Made by a program: the position numbers and the translations under genes
Shown: positions 51,717-64,000 of the stretch, in pieces
Position numbering within the stretch: position 1 is the first letter of the stretch
How the letters are laid out: each line of letters opens with the position of its first letter
Assembly: GCA_965240325.2 (NCBI GenBank)
Contig: OZ251244.1
Span: forward strand, 806,001-870,000
Direction: 5' to 3'
DNA: 64,000 bases
From: Rebecca billardiae RCC1528
Taxonomy: Eukaryota > Protista > Haptophyta
Notes under the pieces: generated by a model
Told to the model about the DNA's origin: nothing
The model's input: only the letters and a program-made list of their open reading frames with translations
Databases searched by the model: none

Positions 51717-54119
51717 TAGGGGGTCCATCTGATTAAATCGAGTTTTGATTTCTTTTCTTTTCCTTTTCAGAACTTGTTCGGCGTGTTTTCGCGATCGGCA
51801 GATTCCAAATCCGCGCTCGGCTCGGCCCGGCGCGGGAGCGGAGCTCTGAACGGGGTCGGCAAGGCTGATGGCCCTCGTCGACGGCCGTCCGCTCGCCATT
51901 GGGCGCGCCCACATCGGCGCAGGCGCCTCGCCGAGCGACTCGGTGGACACGGACACGTAGCCACGGTTCGTGTGGACCGGGCTCTCGCTGGGAGTCGCTG
52001 GCCAAACGACGCTCGTGCTTCATCATTTGAATCTGCGTGCTCGACGTGTGCTGCTCGCGACCAAGGAGCGCGTCCTAGGAGCACGTGCAGGAGAGCAATA
52101 CGGAGACGAACATGCGCAATATGGTGGGATGGGCATCGACAACGACTGGACACTGTCTCCTTCCCCACCCGTCGCTGCCATCTCGCCCTCGGACGTGCCC
52201 GCGACGCCTCTGCCGCAAGGGCCAGCTGCCGCCGACCAACTTGCGGACCGCTGTGCCGGGCATGACGAGGTCCAGGGCGCGGCAGATGATGATGCACGCG
52301 TGCCCATGGGTGTGTGCGACCCGCCCGAGGTCCCTGCCGGCACCGCCGAGGGGCTCGCCTCCTCCGCGGACGGCCTCGACTGTGAGCAACCGTGCAGGCC
52401 CGAGCTACGGCCTGACGTCAACGTCAGCGCGCAGCAGCTCGAGGAGACGGCGGTGGCGGCGCGCGCCATCCACGTGCTACAGCCCTCGACCAGCTGGCGC
52501 GTGGCCGGCACTCGCCCGCGGTACGCATCGGTGCTCGACTTCATGCTCCTCGACCTCCTCCGCACGCTCGTGGTCTCGTGGAGCTCATGATTGAGAACTC
52601 GAAGAAGCACAAGCCGTTGGTCAGAGTGTTCACCCCTGCGTGCGCCCAGACCGCGCGCGACGGTCGGACGAAGAAGCCCAAGGCGCTCACGCTCGTCTGC
52701 GTGGATGCGCTCGGCATCTCGTTGCGCCACGACTCGCCGCGGCTCGAGGTGATCGGCATCTGGCTGATGACCGTGCACAGGTGGTGGAAGGGCAAGCACG
52801 AGGACATGGAGCGCATCCTGAGCCGGAAGCAGGGCGCGTCGGCGGCGGAGAGGAAGGCGGAGCTGGATGTCGACGACACGTCGCTGGGCGCCGGCGACGA
52901 CAGCTGCCCCTTCCGCGACCTCTACTCGCCCCCCGACGCCAGCGCGCCGCGCGCGTCCGCAGCAGGCCGCGTGCAGGTGCAGCTGCACGAGCAGCGCGTG
53001 ACTCCTGCTGAGCACGCGATCATCTTGGAGCAGCAGGTGCGCCTGACGGAGCAGCAGGTGGAGCTGAACTCGTCGCGCAAGGCGATCGCGCGCGCCGTCG
53101 CCGACGCTGCGCGCGCCAGCTTGCGCGCCAACGCAACCGAGCGGGGGCACAGATCGAGCTGCGGCCGAGCGGGCTGCCATGGCTGCCGACTGCGCCGAGT
53201 TCGAGCGCGAGAGGAGAGCGGCGGAGCTCGAGGGCGAGCGCGCGGCGAAGCGCGCGCAGTCCGCCGCAGTACTGGTGGACCGGTGACGCCCTCGCGTGGG
53301 CTAGGGTACGACGAACGGCGACGACGCCGGTGACACAGAGCACGGGCACGGAAGTCGCCGAACGGACCGCGGCAAGCTCGGCGGCGGCGACTGCTAGTCT
53401 GCGCACGCAAGCCTCGATGGCGGAGGACTCTCTCACGACTATGGGGATGGTGGCATGCTCAGAGGTGGGCTTGGTAGTGTGCTTCGGCACGCAGCCCGCC
53501 GCCCGCATCAGGTCCGTCCGGGCCTGCTGCGGCACGGTTCGAGTGGCATGAGCCCGCCGTCTCCGCGCGGCGGCGCGGCCTATTCGGATGACCCAGCACG
53601 AATAGTGAACAAGGTACCCTCATATTGACAGTAGCACCCTGAATATATATTTAAAACACATCCGCATTATATAATAAGCGGGTATATATGCGCATATATA
53701 TACGGGTACGTGTCTCTATAATTAAATGGGTAACCTGCGCTCGATCTTGGAGTAGTTAGTTTCCTCGCCCTCTACGCGCACTCATCGTGCCTTCTAAAAA
53801 GCAGCAATTCCGCCGTAATTTTATTTGGGTGGGTTGCAACGGTTATGAATAAGTAAGTTCGGCGATATACCGTCATTTAGCCGCCATAACAAGTCGTTGA
53901 CGTTTGGCTGAATCTGTATGTGACACAGTGGCGCAGCTGGCGCGCGCGCACGACCGCGCGACGGCACGCGGAGTCGGTTTTGCGTGCGCGCTTCTGACGG
54001 CTGGGCTGGGTTCCGGGACATATTTGTGGGTGCCTTCGCAAGCGCCTCGCTCGTCAGACACCTAAATCGCATGGTTGTCGAAAATCACACATCAGTGGGC
54101 TGCTGTCATGGACCCCCTA
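51717..54119. mobile_element. Non-autonomous/degenerate TIR element (element B), related to element A
   Basis: TAGGGGGTCCAT (51717-51728) and ATGGACCCCCTA (54108-54119) are exact reverse complements; the right-hand ~450 bp shares motifs with 5650-6094; no clean TSD. Confidence 0.7.
51970..53333 (+). pseudogene. Frameshifted ORF remnants inside element B
   Basis: Two overlapping ORFs (51970-52590 and 52578-53333) with coding-like codon use and a coiled-coil-like C-terminal part; no catalytic motif recognised. Confidence 0.4.
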
Positions 54120-54192
54120 CGTAACGGTACCGTGATGATTCTGCGAATCGGGGGCGGAAGAATGCGCCATGCTCATGCTGCCGCTGACCGAT

Positions 54193-56047
54193 CTACTCGC
54201 CCTTCTCGCCGTCCTTCGCCTCCGGCCGCGCCTTCATCGCAAGGATCCAGCGCGCGATCATCTCGTACACCGAGTAGACGATCGACGCAAGCGGCGCGAG
54301 GTAGAGGATGCGCGGGAGCACGCCACGGAAGAGTGCCGGCACGCCCTCGTCCGCGGCGACGCGCCCGAGGGCGTGGAGCGTGCCGCGGTACTGCACGGCG
54401 TCGGACGCGGACTGCGTCATCAGGCGCGTCTTCGCCACGTCCTGTGCGCGCCGCGCGCGCGAGGCGCGCCGGGCATCAGCGCGCGCGTGCTCCCTCCCGC
54501 CGCGCGCGCCCGCGCCTCGCAGCGCTCGCGCTCAGCCGCCCGCCATCGCGCACACCGCGCGCGCGCGCGCACCATTGGCGTGAGGATGATCGCGGCGATC
54601 GCGCCGCCGACGCCGCCGAGCACGAGGTCCGCCGTGGCTGTGTTGGGCGCGCGCGTGAGCACCTTGAGCAGCTGCCAGAACGTGTAGCCTGCCCGGCCCG
54701 GGGCGGAGCCGGCCCGGCGGGGCCGCGCGAGGGGCCGCAGGACCGGCGCGGGGTGCGGTGAGCACCCTGCCGTGTCGCGCGCGCGCGCGTACAGCTTGCT
54801 GCGGGGCCGCGCACGCCGAGGCCCATCCCACGCCCCGAGCTCACCGCGCGCGCGCGCGTGCACGCGCCGGGCCTGCCTCGTCTCTGGCGCCGCCACGGGG
54901 CCGCACGGTGACTTGCGCCCGGCGCAGGGCGGCCCTGCCGCGGCGCGGACACGCCCGCCATCGGCCCCCGCGCCACGCCCGGCCCGCGCATCGCTCGCCC
55001 TCGATCGCCGCGCGCTCGGCCCGCGCGCGCCGCGCGCCGCGCGCCACGCTCAACCGCCCAAACCCTAACCCTAACCCTAACCCTAACCCGAAGACCCTCG
55101 CCGCGCGCCGCGCTCACCGAGGGAGTTCCAAGGAACGTCGCGCAGAACGGTCGCGCCAAAGCCGCGGTAGAGGCGGCCGATGCCCTGGCGGCAGACGGCG
55201 CGCGTCGATTCGATGCAGTTCGGGTACAGCCCCGCCTGCACCGGCTGCTTGAGCACCTCCTGCGGCACCCGGATCACCGACGCGGCGAGCGCGCCCGCTG
55301 CGCTCGACAGAAGGTTCCGAGTCGCCTTCTGATGCACGCGCTCCGCGAGCGCCTCGCGCGCGTACTCGAGCGTGGCGAACTGCGGGGCGGGCGGGGAGGC
55401 GGGCGCAGGGCGGGCTCAGGCGCGATGGGGCCGGCCGGGCGAGCGGCGCGCGATGCCGCGCGCGGCGGCTCGAGCCGCGCCTCCGTCGGCCGCCCGGCCG
55501 GCGCGCCGCGTGCCCGCGCGGCGTCGCGGCACACCTGCACCGCGCCTGCCGGCATGGCGAGGGCGACCTGCGGCACGATGCCCTTGACGAAGATGTCGAG
55601 CACGCCGAGGTTGGACGCCGTGCTCGCGCGCTTGCGCGCCTGCGCGCGCGTGCGCAGCGTGTCGAACGGGTGCAGCACGATCGACGCGGCGAGCCGCGCG
55701 GTCGAGCCGGCAAACATCCGCTCGTTGAAAGACAGCTGCTCGGCGGCCGAGGAGGGCTTGGCGTCGGAGGCGGGCGGGCTGGGCGTGCGCTTCGGGGGCG
55801 GCGACGGCGTCGGCGCAGGCTTCGGCTCGGGCACGGGCTCAGGTTCGGGCTCGGGGGGCGTGGGCTCGGCCGCCTCGGGCGTCGGCTCCGGCGCGGCGTC
55901 GGCCGGCGCATGCGCGCCCGCCTCCTCCTCCATCTCGACGATCTCGATCGCGTCGTCGACCGTGGGCTCGGGGGTCGAGGCGTGCGCGACGCACGCCAGC
56001 ACCGCGAGCGCGCCCAGCAGCGCGAGCACGCGCACGCGACGAGCCAT
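54193..56047 (-). CDS. Mitochondrial-carrier-family protein (SAM-carrier-like) with N-terminal signal peptide, multi-exon
   Basis: Three carrier signatures (HPFDTLRTRAQ, VPQEVLKQPVQ, TPM|DVAKTRLM), LYRGFGATVLRDVPW and LFRGVLPRILY; N-terminus MARRVRVLALLGALAVLACVAHAS followed by an acidic Pro-rich linker. Confidence 0.88.
55057..55092. repeat. Interstitial telomere-like repeat (CCCTAA)4
   Basis: Four perfect CCCTAA units (55063-55086) flanked by degenerate CCCAAA and CCCGAA, inside an intron. Confidence 0.85.
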
Positions 56048-56288
56048 CCTCGACCTGACGAGCTCGCCGACGGGTGGCGCTGGCTGCTGCACCGAGCTGG
56101 AGCTTCGTCGGCCGAAGTTCGGCCTGCTGCCAGGCAGGAGCTGCAGGCCTGCCACGCGTTCGCTCCGGACTGCGCCAGCGCCTCACGGAGCCGGATGAGC
56201 TGAATGAAACGACGTACAACAGTAACGAACTTCGCGCGTCACTTTTCTAATAGATCTCGTCTTGTGGCACCAAGTCGTGGGGCCAAAA

Positions 56289-57638
56289 ATGTCGATGGCA
56301 ATGGCGCCCAGACGAGCGATGGAGAGCAGCGTGTCGTCGACGACCGCGTCGTCGGCGCAGCAGCAGCTGGCCAAATCGTTCACGAGCAGCGCGCGTGGGA
56401 GCTCCGGCGCGGCGCGCTCAAAGCCCTCCATCGAGGAGGAGTCCAGGCGGCGCGCGTCGCTCATCCGCGGCTGGACGGAGGAGATCGATCTGCGCATGGG
56501 CAAGAAGCACCCGACCGGCGAGCTGACCGAGCGGTGCGCGCCGCGCGCGCGGCTCGCTCGCGCGCGCCTGCCCCTCGCGCCCTGCCCCCGTGACCCCGGC
56601 GCGCGCGCGTGCGCACCCCACCGCACCGCCGCGCCGCGCGGGCGCATCAGGCAGCAGCTGTACCTCGCGCGGCTCCGTGCGGGCGAGGGCACGTACAAGC
56701 ACCTCGACCTGCGCTTCGCGACGTCGGTGGGCATCGTCGCGCGCAAGCGGCGCAGCCCGCAGGAGCCGGGCACGATGGCCGCCCGCCCGTCCTCCGCGCC
56801 CGCGCTCGACGGCGTCATCCGCTACCCGAACACGTTTGGAGGCGCGCAGGAGCGCTTCGAGACGGCCGACAAGTTTGCGGCGGTGGGGATCCCGCTGGAG
56901 CCGGTGATGGCGGAGCGGGTGACGCGCAGGCACGCGCCGGTGGCGACGATGTACCCGGAGCACGCGCACCAGCGCATCCCCGACCGAGGCCCCGTCGGCT
57001 CCTCCGCGGACACGCTCCGCCCCGCGGCCGTCTCGGCCGCAGTGCAGCTCAAGCCGAAGACGTCGACGTTTGGGCGCGCGGAGAGGTTCCAAATCTCGTT
57101 CGTGCACACCGGCGAGCTGGTGCCGACGGACCTGGTCGAGCACACGCACCCGTCGTTCCGCGGGCCGTCCTTCACCATCCCCAAGGTGCGCCGCGCGCCG
57201 GCTCGCGCGCGCGGGCCCCGCCTGGACCGCCGGCGGCCTGGCCTCGCAGCGGCCTGGCCTCGCAGCGGCCTGCCCTCGCAGCGGCCTGGCCTCGCAGCGG
57301 CCTGCCCGCGGCGGCGCGGGGGCCTGCGTGACCGTGCGTGCGCGCGCCGACGCGAACGCCCGCAGGCGGGCATGCGCCAGAGCAACGCGGAGGACATCAC
57401 ACGCGGCGACCTCATCCACGCGACGCCCGACGCCGCCACCTACAACCCGCGCCCGCTGCACGAGTCGACGAAGCGGTACCGCTTCCCGGTCAAGTATGAG
57501 CCGCCCAAGCCGTCGGCGCATGCGGGCCCGGGGCCGGTCACGGCGACGTGGGAGGGCACGCTGCCCAAGTCGACAGCGCCTGCGGCGACCATGCTGGGGA
57601 GGTGGACGACGAAGCCCGTCGGCCACGGGCCGGGCTGA
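56289..57638 (+). CDS. ODF3/SHIPPO-like (PG-rich repeat) putative ciliary protein, about 3 exons
   Basis: Repeats NTFGGAQERF, STFGRAERF, GPSFTIPK, TPDAATYNP, GPGP and APAATMLGR resemble SHIPPO/ODF3 repeats; introns near 56534-56650 and 57186-57366. Confidence 0.5.
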   Translation: MSMAMAPRRAMESSVSSTTASSAQQQLAKSFTSSARGSSGAARSKPSIEEESRRRASLIRGWTEEIDLRMGKKHPTGELTERCAPRARLARARLPLAPCPRDPGARACAPHRTAAPRGRIRQQLYLARLRAGEGTYKHLDLRFATSVGIVARKRRSPQEPGTMAARPSSAPALDGVIRYPNTFGGAQERFETADKFAAVGIPLEPVMAERVTRRHAPVATMYPEHAHQRIPDRGPVGSSADTLRPAAVSAAVQLKPKTSTFGRAERFQISFVHTGELVPTDLVEHTHPSFRGPSFTIPKVRRAPARARGPRLDRRRPGLAAAWPRSGLPSQRPGLAAACPRRRGGLRDRACARRRERPQAGMRQSNAEDITRGDLIHATPDAATYNPRPLHESTKRYRFPVKYEPPKPSAHAGPGPVTATWEGTLPKSTAPAATMLGRWTTKPVGHGPG

Positions 57639-57846
57639 CCGGAGCGCGGCGTAACGAGCGCGACCGTAACCGTTGATTTCAATCGGAAGCGCTGACGACG
57701 CAGCTCACCGTCGCTCGTCGCCGCGTCATGTGGCATGTGGACATCTAAGTGAGTGACCCGTCCACTCTCCAGTTCAAGCAGCCGCTCGCAAGTGCCAAGA
57801 CGATGGCGAAGTGCGCGCTTGCTGTCCGCTCAGTCTCACCACCGTA

Positions 57847-58479
57847 CAGGGGGGGCCAGATGAAGTTTCCCACTTCGGAAGGGAAGCCATGGCGGGCGTG
57901 AATGCCCGTCCCAACGCGATCTAAGGCCCCAGCGCCACGGCCCGGTCACTGGGGCGTGGCGTAGGCAGGTCGGCGTCGCCGTACGAGCGCGTGTGCGTGA
58001 GTGACAGCTTCCCTTCCGACTTTTCGACCACTCTCACGTCCACGTCCACGACCCCGTACGACCGGCGCGCCGGTGAGGTTGCGCATGAGAAGGATGGGCA
58101 GGTAGCGGCCAGGATCACCGTTCTGACGGTCATACTGCCCTCTGGAGCATGCATTGCGACGGTGCATGCCTGGCAATGGTCCATCTGACCCTACAAGCCG
58201 TGGATCGGACGAGCAAGGTTGGCTGCGCGGTAGTCGTGCGACCGCCGTCCGACACGGCTGCCGTGCGAATACGTTTAGCGTGTGCGCGCCTGTCAACGGC
58301 AGGGTGATCAACGACCGGCATGGCTAGCAAGCTGATCAGGACTAGTAACAACCTTGTCTGGGACCACGCCACGCCATTTGGCGACCTCGCCACCGCTCAA
58401 TGCCCGTCCAGAGGCACGGACGTGCCGCACTACCTGGCCAGCCACCGCCAAAGTGGGGCCCACCATCTGGACCCCCCTG
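57847..58479. mobile_element. Tc1/mariner-like MITE
   Basis: TA|CAGGGGGGGCCAGATG ... CATCTGGACCCCCCTG|TA (16 bp, 1 mismatch, extending imperfectly through CCCACTT/AAGTGGG). Confidence 0.8.
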
Positions 58480-58618
58480 TACCGGTAGGCCGGCGCCGCC
58501 GGCGGCGGGCGAGATCTTCAATCTCGTTCAGTGCCGATCGAGAGAAGTCGCAGCAGCAGCTGAAAATCGTCCTCGGACGCTCGGCGGGCGCGGGAGAATC
58601 GCCAGCTCGTCGGCGCCG

Positions 58619-61600
58619 ATGGCGACGAGCAGCGAGCCGGCCGCGCCGCGGCGGCCGAAGGTGCCGCTCGACCAGTACGAGAAGCTCCTCGCGGGCGGCG
58701 GCGCCGGCGCGCTCGCCAAGACGGTCACCGCGCCGCTCGACCGCATCAAGCTGCTCTACCAAGTCGACCCGCGCCGCGTCTTCACGTTTGGCGACGCTGC
58801 GCGGCGCGTGAGCCGGATCGCGAGCGAGACGGGCTTCCTGAGCCTGTGGCGCGGGAACGGGCTGGCGATGATCCACGTGATCCCGTACGGCGCGCTGGTC
58901 TACATGACCTTCGACAACTACCACGAGCTCCTCGTCGACAACGCGGGCGTGTCCGCGCTGCCCGCGCGCTTCATCGCGGGCGCGGGCGCGGGCGCGAGCG
59001 CGACTGTCGTGGCGTACCCGCTCGACCTGCTGCGCGCGCGCGTGATGGCGCACTCGGGCCCGACGGACAAGTACCCGCTGGGCATGCTCTCCGCGCTGCT
59101 CGACATCTCGCGCCGCGAGGGCATCCACACGCTGTGGCGCGGTCTCAGCCCCACCATGATCGGCATTGTCCCGTACGCCGGTGCGGCGCGGCGCGCGGCG
59201 CCCGGCCGGCCGCGCGTGCCCGCGGCGCGCGCGGCGGGGTCGGTCGGCTGCCGTTTGGGACGGGCCGTCGTGCTGCCCGGCGGCCCGCGGCGCGAGTGCC
59301 GCGCTGCGTGCGGACCGAGCCACCGTGCCGGCGGCGATTTGCGCGGCGCGCGCGCGCAGCCGCGCGCGCGCGGGCGGCTGCGCTGCGGCGGCCTGCCTGC
59401 CACTGCCCCGCCGGCCCGCATGCGCCGTCGCCCGCTCCGCGCGCGGGCCGCGCGTGCGTGCCCGCCCAACCGCCCGGCCGGCGCTCCGCCCCGCCCCCGG
59501 CCCGCAGGCATCTCCTTCTCCATCTTCGAGACTTCGAAGGTTGCTCTCAAAGACTTGCTGGGCCTGACCTCGGACTCAGAGCTGCCGACTGTGCTGCGGC
59601 TCTCGTCGGGCGCGGTGGCGGGCGTGGTGGCGCAGTCGGTGACGTACCCGCTGCACGTGGTCAGGCGGCGGATGCAGGTGCGTGCCGAGCGCGCGCGCGC
59701 GCGCGCGCGTGCGCTCGGACGGGCGCGCGGCACGCTCCACGTGCTTGCGAGGGCGCGCGCGCGCACGCTCGCGCGCATTCGGCCGGTCTGAGGCACGGCC
59801 GCACACGTTGCGCGCGCGTGTGCGCTGCTCCGGGGGCGCGCACGCCGTGCGCCGTCACGTGGCGCGGCGGTGCGGCGCGCAGGTGATCGAGTCCCCCGTC
59901 ACCTCGTCGCCGATGGCCGCGGCCCCGGGCGAGGTGGCGGGCGGCCACCCGACCGCTGCGGAGGCCGCGGCGAGCGGCGCGCGCGCGCTCTCAGCGCGCC
60001 ACTACCAGTCGCTGCCGCGCGCGCTGTTTCATATCGCGCGCACCGAGGGCATCCGGAACGGGCTGTTCAAGGGGCTGATGCTCACGTGGATGAAGGCGCC
60101 GCTCACCACGGCGATCGGCTTCACGGTGAACGACAAGCTCAAGGAGCTCCTCCGCTCTCGCCGCCCACAGCTTGAGGCCACGTCAGAGGCGCTCGCCTCG
60201 CTCGGCGCTACGCACCCGACCGCGGCCGGCGCCGCTCCGGCGGAGGGGCGGCCGCAGCCGCCCGCCTCGATCTACCACGAGAGGCGAGCGCAGCTCTCGT
60301 CCGTCGAGCTGCTCGCCGCCGGCTCCCTCGCCGGCGCGTGCGCGAAGACGGTCATCGCGCCGGCGGACCGCATCAAGATCATCTTCCAGACCGACCCGGC
60401 GCGCCCCTTCTCGTTCGGACAGGCGGTGAGGCGCGGCGCCGCGCGTGCGGGGCGCGGGGCGGCACTGCGGGGCGCGGCGCGGCACTGCGGGGCGCGGCGA
60501 GGCACTGCGGGGCGCGGCGTGGCACCGCGGGGCGCGGCGCCGGGCGTGCGGCGCGCGGCCACTCGCTGCATGCGGCGGCGCGCGGTGCCGCGGGCTGCGC
60601 CGAGCGCACGGGGGTCGGTGGGCGTGCCGGCGCGGCGGATTTGTTTTTTCCGCAATTGTTTCCCCCATTGTTCTCGGGCCAGGGCGTGCGATGGGCGCGC
60701 ACGTGCGACGGGCGCGCTGCCTGCGCGGAGCAGGAGCCGCGCACCGTCGTCGCGCCGCGCCGCGCCGCGCGCCTCACCGCACCACCCCTCCGCCGCACCC
60801 TGCGTCGGCGTGGACTGGCCGTCGGCGCGTGTGCGCGTGCGCGTGCGCAGATGCGGGCAGGGCAGGAGATCGTCAACACGAGCGGCGTGCTGGCGCTGTG
60901 GCGCGGCAACGGCGCGACGATGGTGCGCATCATGCCGCACGCCGGGATCGTGGTGCGCGCACGCGCGAACGCACACACACGCGCGCGCGCGCGCACGCGC
61001 ACGCACGCGGCGCGTCAGGGTGGGCGGCATGGCGATGGCGGCGCGCGCCTCGCGGCCGCGCGCCTTGGCGGAGGCGGCGGCCGACAGCCGCCTCCGCCGC
61101 GCCCGCCCGCACGGGCCCCCGCGCCCCGCCGCGCGCCGCGCCGCGCGCAGTACATGTGCTTCGACAAGTACAACACCAGCCTGAGCGCGGTGCTTCCGGA
61201 GACGTCCGCGCCACACCAACGCTTTCTCGCGGGCGCGGCGGCGGGCGCGACCGCGACAGCGCTCACTTATCCGCTGGACCTAATGCGCGCGCGCATGGCC
61301 ATTGACATGTCCCGGTGCGGGCGGCGCGCGCGGCGCGCGGGGAGTGGGCGGCGCGCGCCGCCGGGCGCACGGGTGCGGGCGTCCGTCGGCGCCCCTCCCT
61401 CCCTCCCTCGCTCTCTCTCTCTCTCTCGCGCGCGCGACCGCCAGGGCCAAACGCTGCGCTGCGCTGCTCGTGCGCCGGCGCGCGCGGCTCCCGCCCGCCC
61501 GGCCGCGCGCGCCGCGCCCCGGCCGCGCCGCGCTCGCGCGCCGCGTCGCTCAGTGTCGGCCGCCGCCTGCGCGCGCCACGCCGCCCCCTCCGCGCGCCGC

Positions 61601-62424
61601 GCGTGCGCAGGGACGGCTCGCGCTACGCCTCCATGCTGCACGCCGGCCGCTCAGTCGTGCAGCACGAGGGCTGGCGCGCGCTCTACGCCGGCATCACTCC
61701 CACGCTGATCGGCGTGATGCCGTATGCCGGGCTGTCCTTCATGTGCTTCGAGACGCTCAAGGTGCGGCCGGGCGGGGCGCGGGGCGGGGCGGGCGTGCGA
61801 GGCGTGGGGCGCCGTGGCCGCGGCGCGCGTGGTGTGCGCCCCGTGTGCCGCGGCGCGCGTGTGCGCGTGTGCGCGTGTGCGCGTGTGCGCGTGTGCGCGT
61901 GTGCGCGTGTGCGCGTGTGCGCGTGTGCGCGTGTGCGCGTGTGCGCGTGTGCGCGTGTGCGCGTGTGCGCGTGTGCGCGTGCGCGCGTGCGCAGCGGAGC
62001 TCCGGTGCTCAGGTCGCTCAGCCGCCTCCGCCTCCGCCACCCCGTCCCGTCTCCTGCGCGCGCGGCGCCGGCGCAGGCGACGATCCGGCAGCGGTGGGAG
62101 ATCAAGTCTGACCGGGACATGCCGACGTCGGTGCGGCTGGCGGCGGGCGGGCTGGCGGGCCTCCTCGCGCAGTCAGCCACGTACCCACTCGACATTGTGC
62201 GACGGAGGATGCAGGTGGCGCGCAGCGGCGGCGACGCGGGGCGCGAGGCGTGGACCGCGCTCATGCGCCGCATCCTCGTCGAGGAGGGGCTGATCCGTGG
62301 GCTGTACAAGGGGCTCTCGATGAACTGGCTCAAGTCGCCGATCGCGATCGCCGTCTCCTTCACCGTCAACGACTCGCTCAAGTACAAGCTGCTTGCGTCG
62401 CACGAGGAGGCGGCCGGGCGCTAG
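58619..62424 (+). CDS. Tandem double mitochondrial carrier (two SLC25A42/A16 CoA-carrier-like modules in one ORF), multi-exon
   Basis: Six carrier repeats: APLDRIK, YPLDLLRAR, YPLHVVRRRMQ, APADRIK, YPLDLMRAR, YPLDIVRRRMQ. The end of module 1 and start of module 2 lie in one uninterrupted exon (59883-60425). Confidence 0.9.
61859..61978. repeat. (GTGTGCGC)15 intronic tandem repeat
   Basis: Perfect 8-mer array of alternating purine/pyrimidine. Confidence 0.92.
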
Positions 62425-62633
62425 GCCTAGGCTGCGCACCGCCGCTGGGCGGGCCGCGCCGCGCCAGCCGAGGCCACGCGACGTGCTGGTCACGGGACCC
62501 TGCCGAGGCGCCTCTCGTCACCACTGGCACGCAGCCTGCAGCGCGGCAACGTCGTCTCGGCGGTGATCGGATGACGGCGGCTGTCGGTCAGTCGCGGACC
62601 GGACTGAGGAGTCGGAGCCAGTCAGGGTGATGA

Positions 62634-64000
<1,367 letters not shown>

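Noticed and set aside
51701-54128. TAACGGT near both ends of element B as its TSD
   Set aside because: The copies are offset from the TIRs by 9 bp and 2 bp, so they are not a clean duplication.

Overview
Very GC-rich, compact, intron-containing eukaryotic genomic DNA. Introns are short and CG-rich (GTGCGC...CGCAG), at least one has a GC donor, and there is an interstitial TTAGGG tract; this style suggests a haptophyte alga such as Pavlovales (inference only). About 20 host genes are recognisable: F-box protein (partial), PP2A scaffold subunit A, ARM-BTB protein, PAF-acetylhydrolase-like esterase, TRIC/TMEM38-like channel, PH+SNF1-like kinase, an MGCGAS acylated protein, a CREST/TMEM8-like membrane hydrolase, an HPR-RAP RNA-binding protein, three tandem ER FKBPs, MLO, a sulfotransferase, two mitochondrial-carrier genes (one a fused double carrier), an ODF3-like protein and TTLL1 (partial). 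Two features stand out. (1) An apparently intact 6.25-kb DNA transposon (45200-51454) with 34-bp CACAG-initiated TIRs encodes a RAG1/Transib/Chapaev-type DDE transposase that appears to lack the canonical zinc ligands and has a ~190-aa Gly/Ala insertion in its catalytic core. (2) Directly upstream lies a Toll-like receptor analogue: signal peptide, LRR, IPT, Cys-rich region, multipass TM and a TIR domain retaining the catalytic Glu. Many intergenic gaps hold previously unannotated TIR elements: two related TAG...CTA elements, two TA-flanked MITEs, a TTCA-flanked element and a 1.5-kb foldback. All family assignments come from by-eye motif recognition, not database searches, and exon boundaries are manual predictions.
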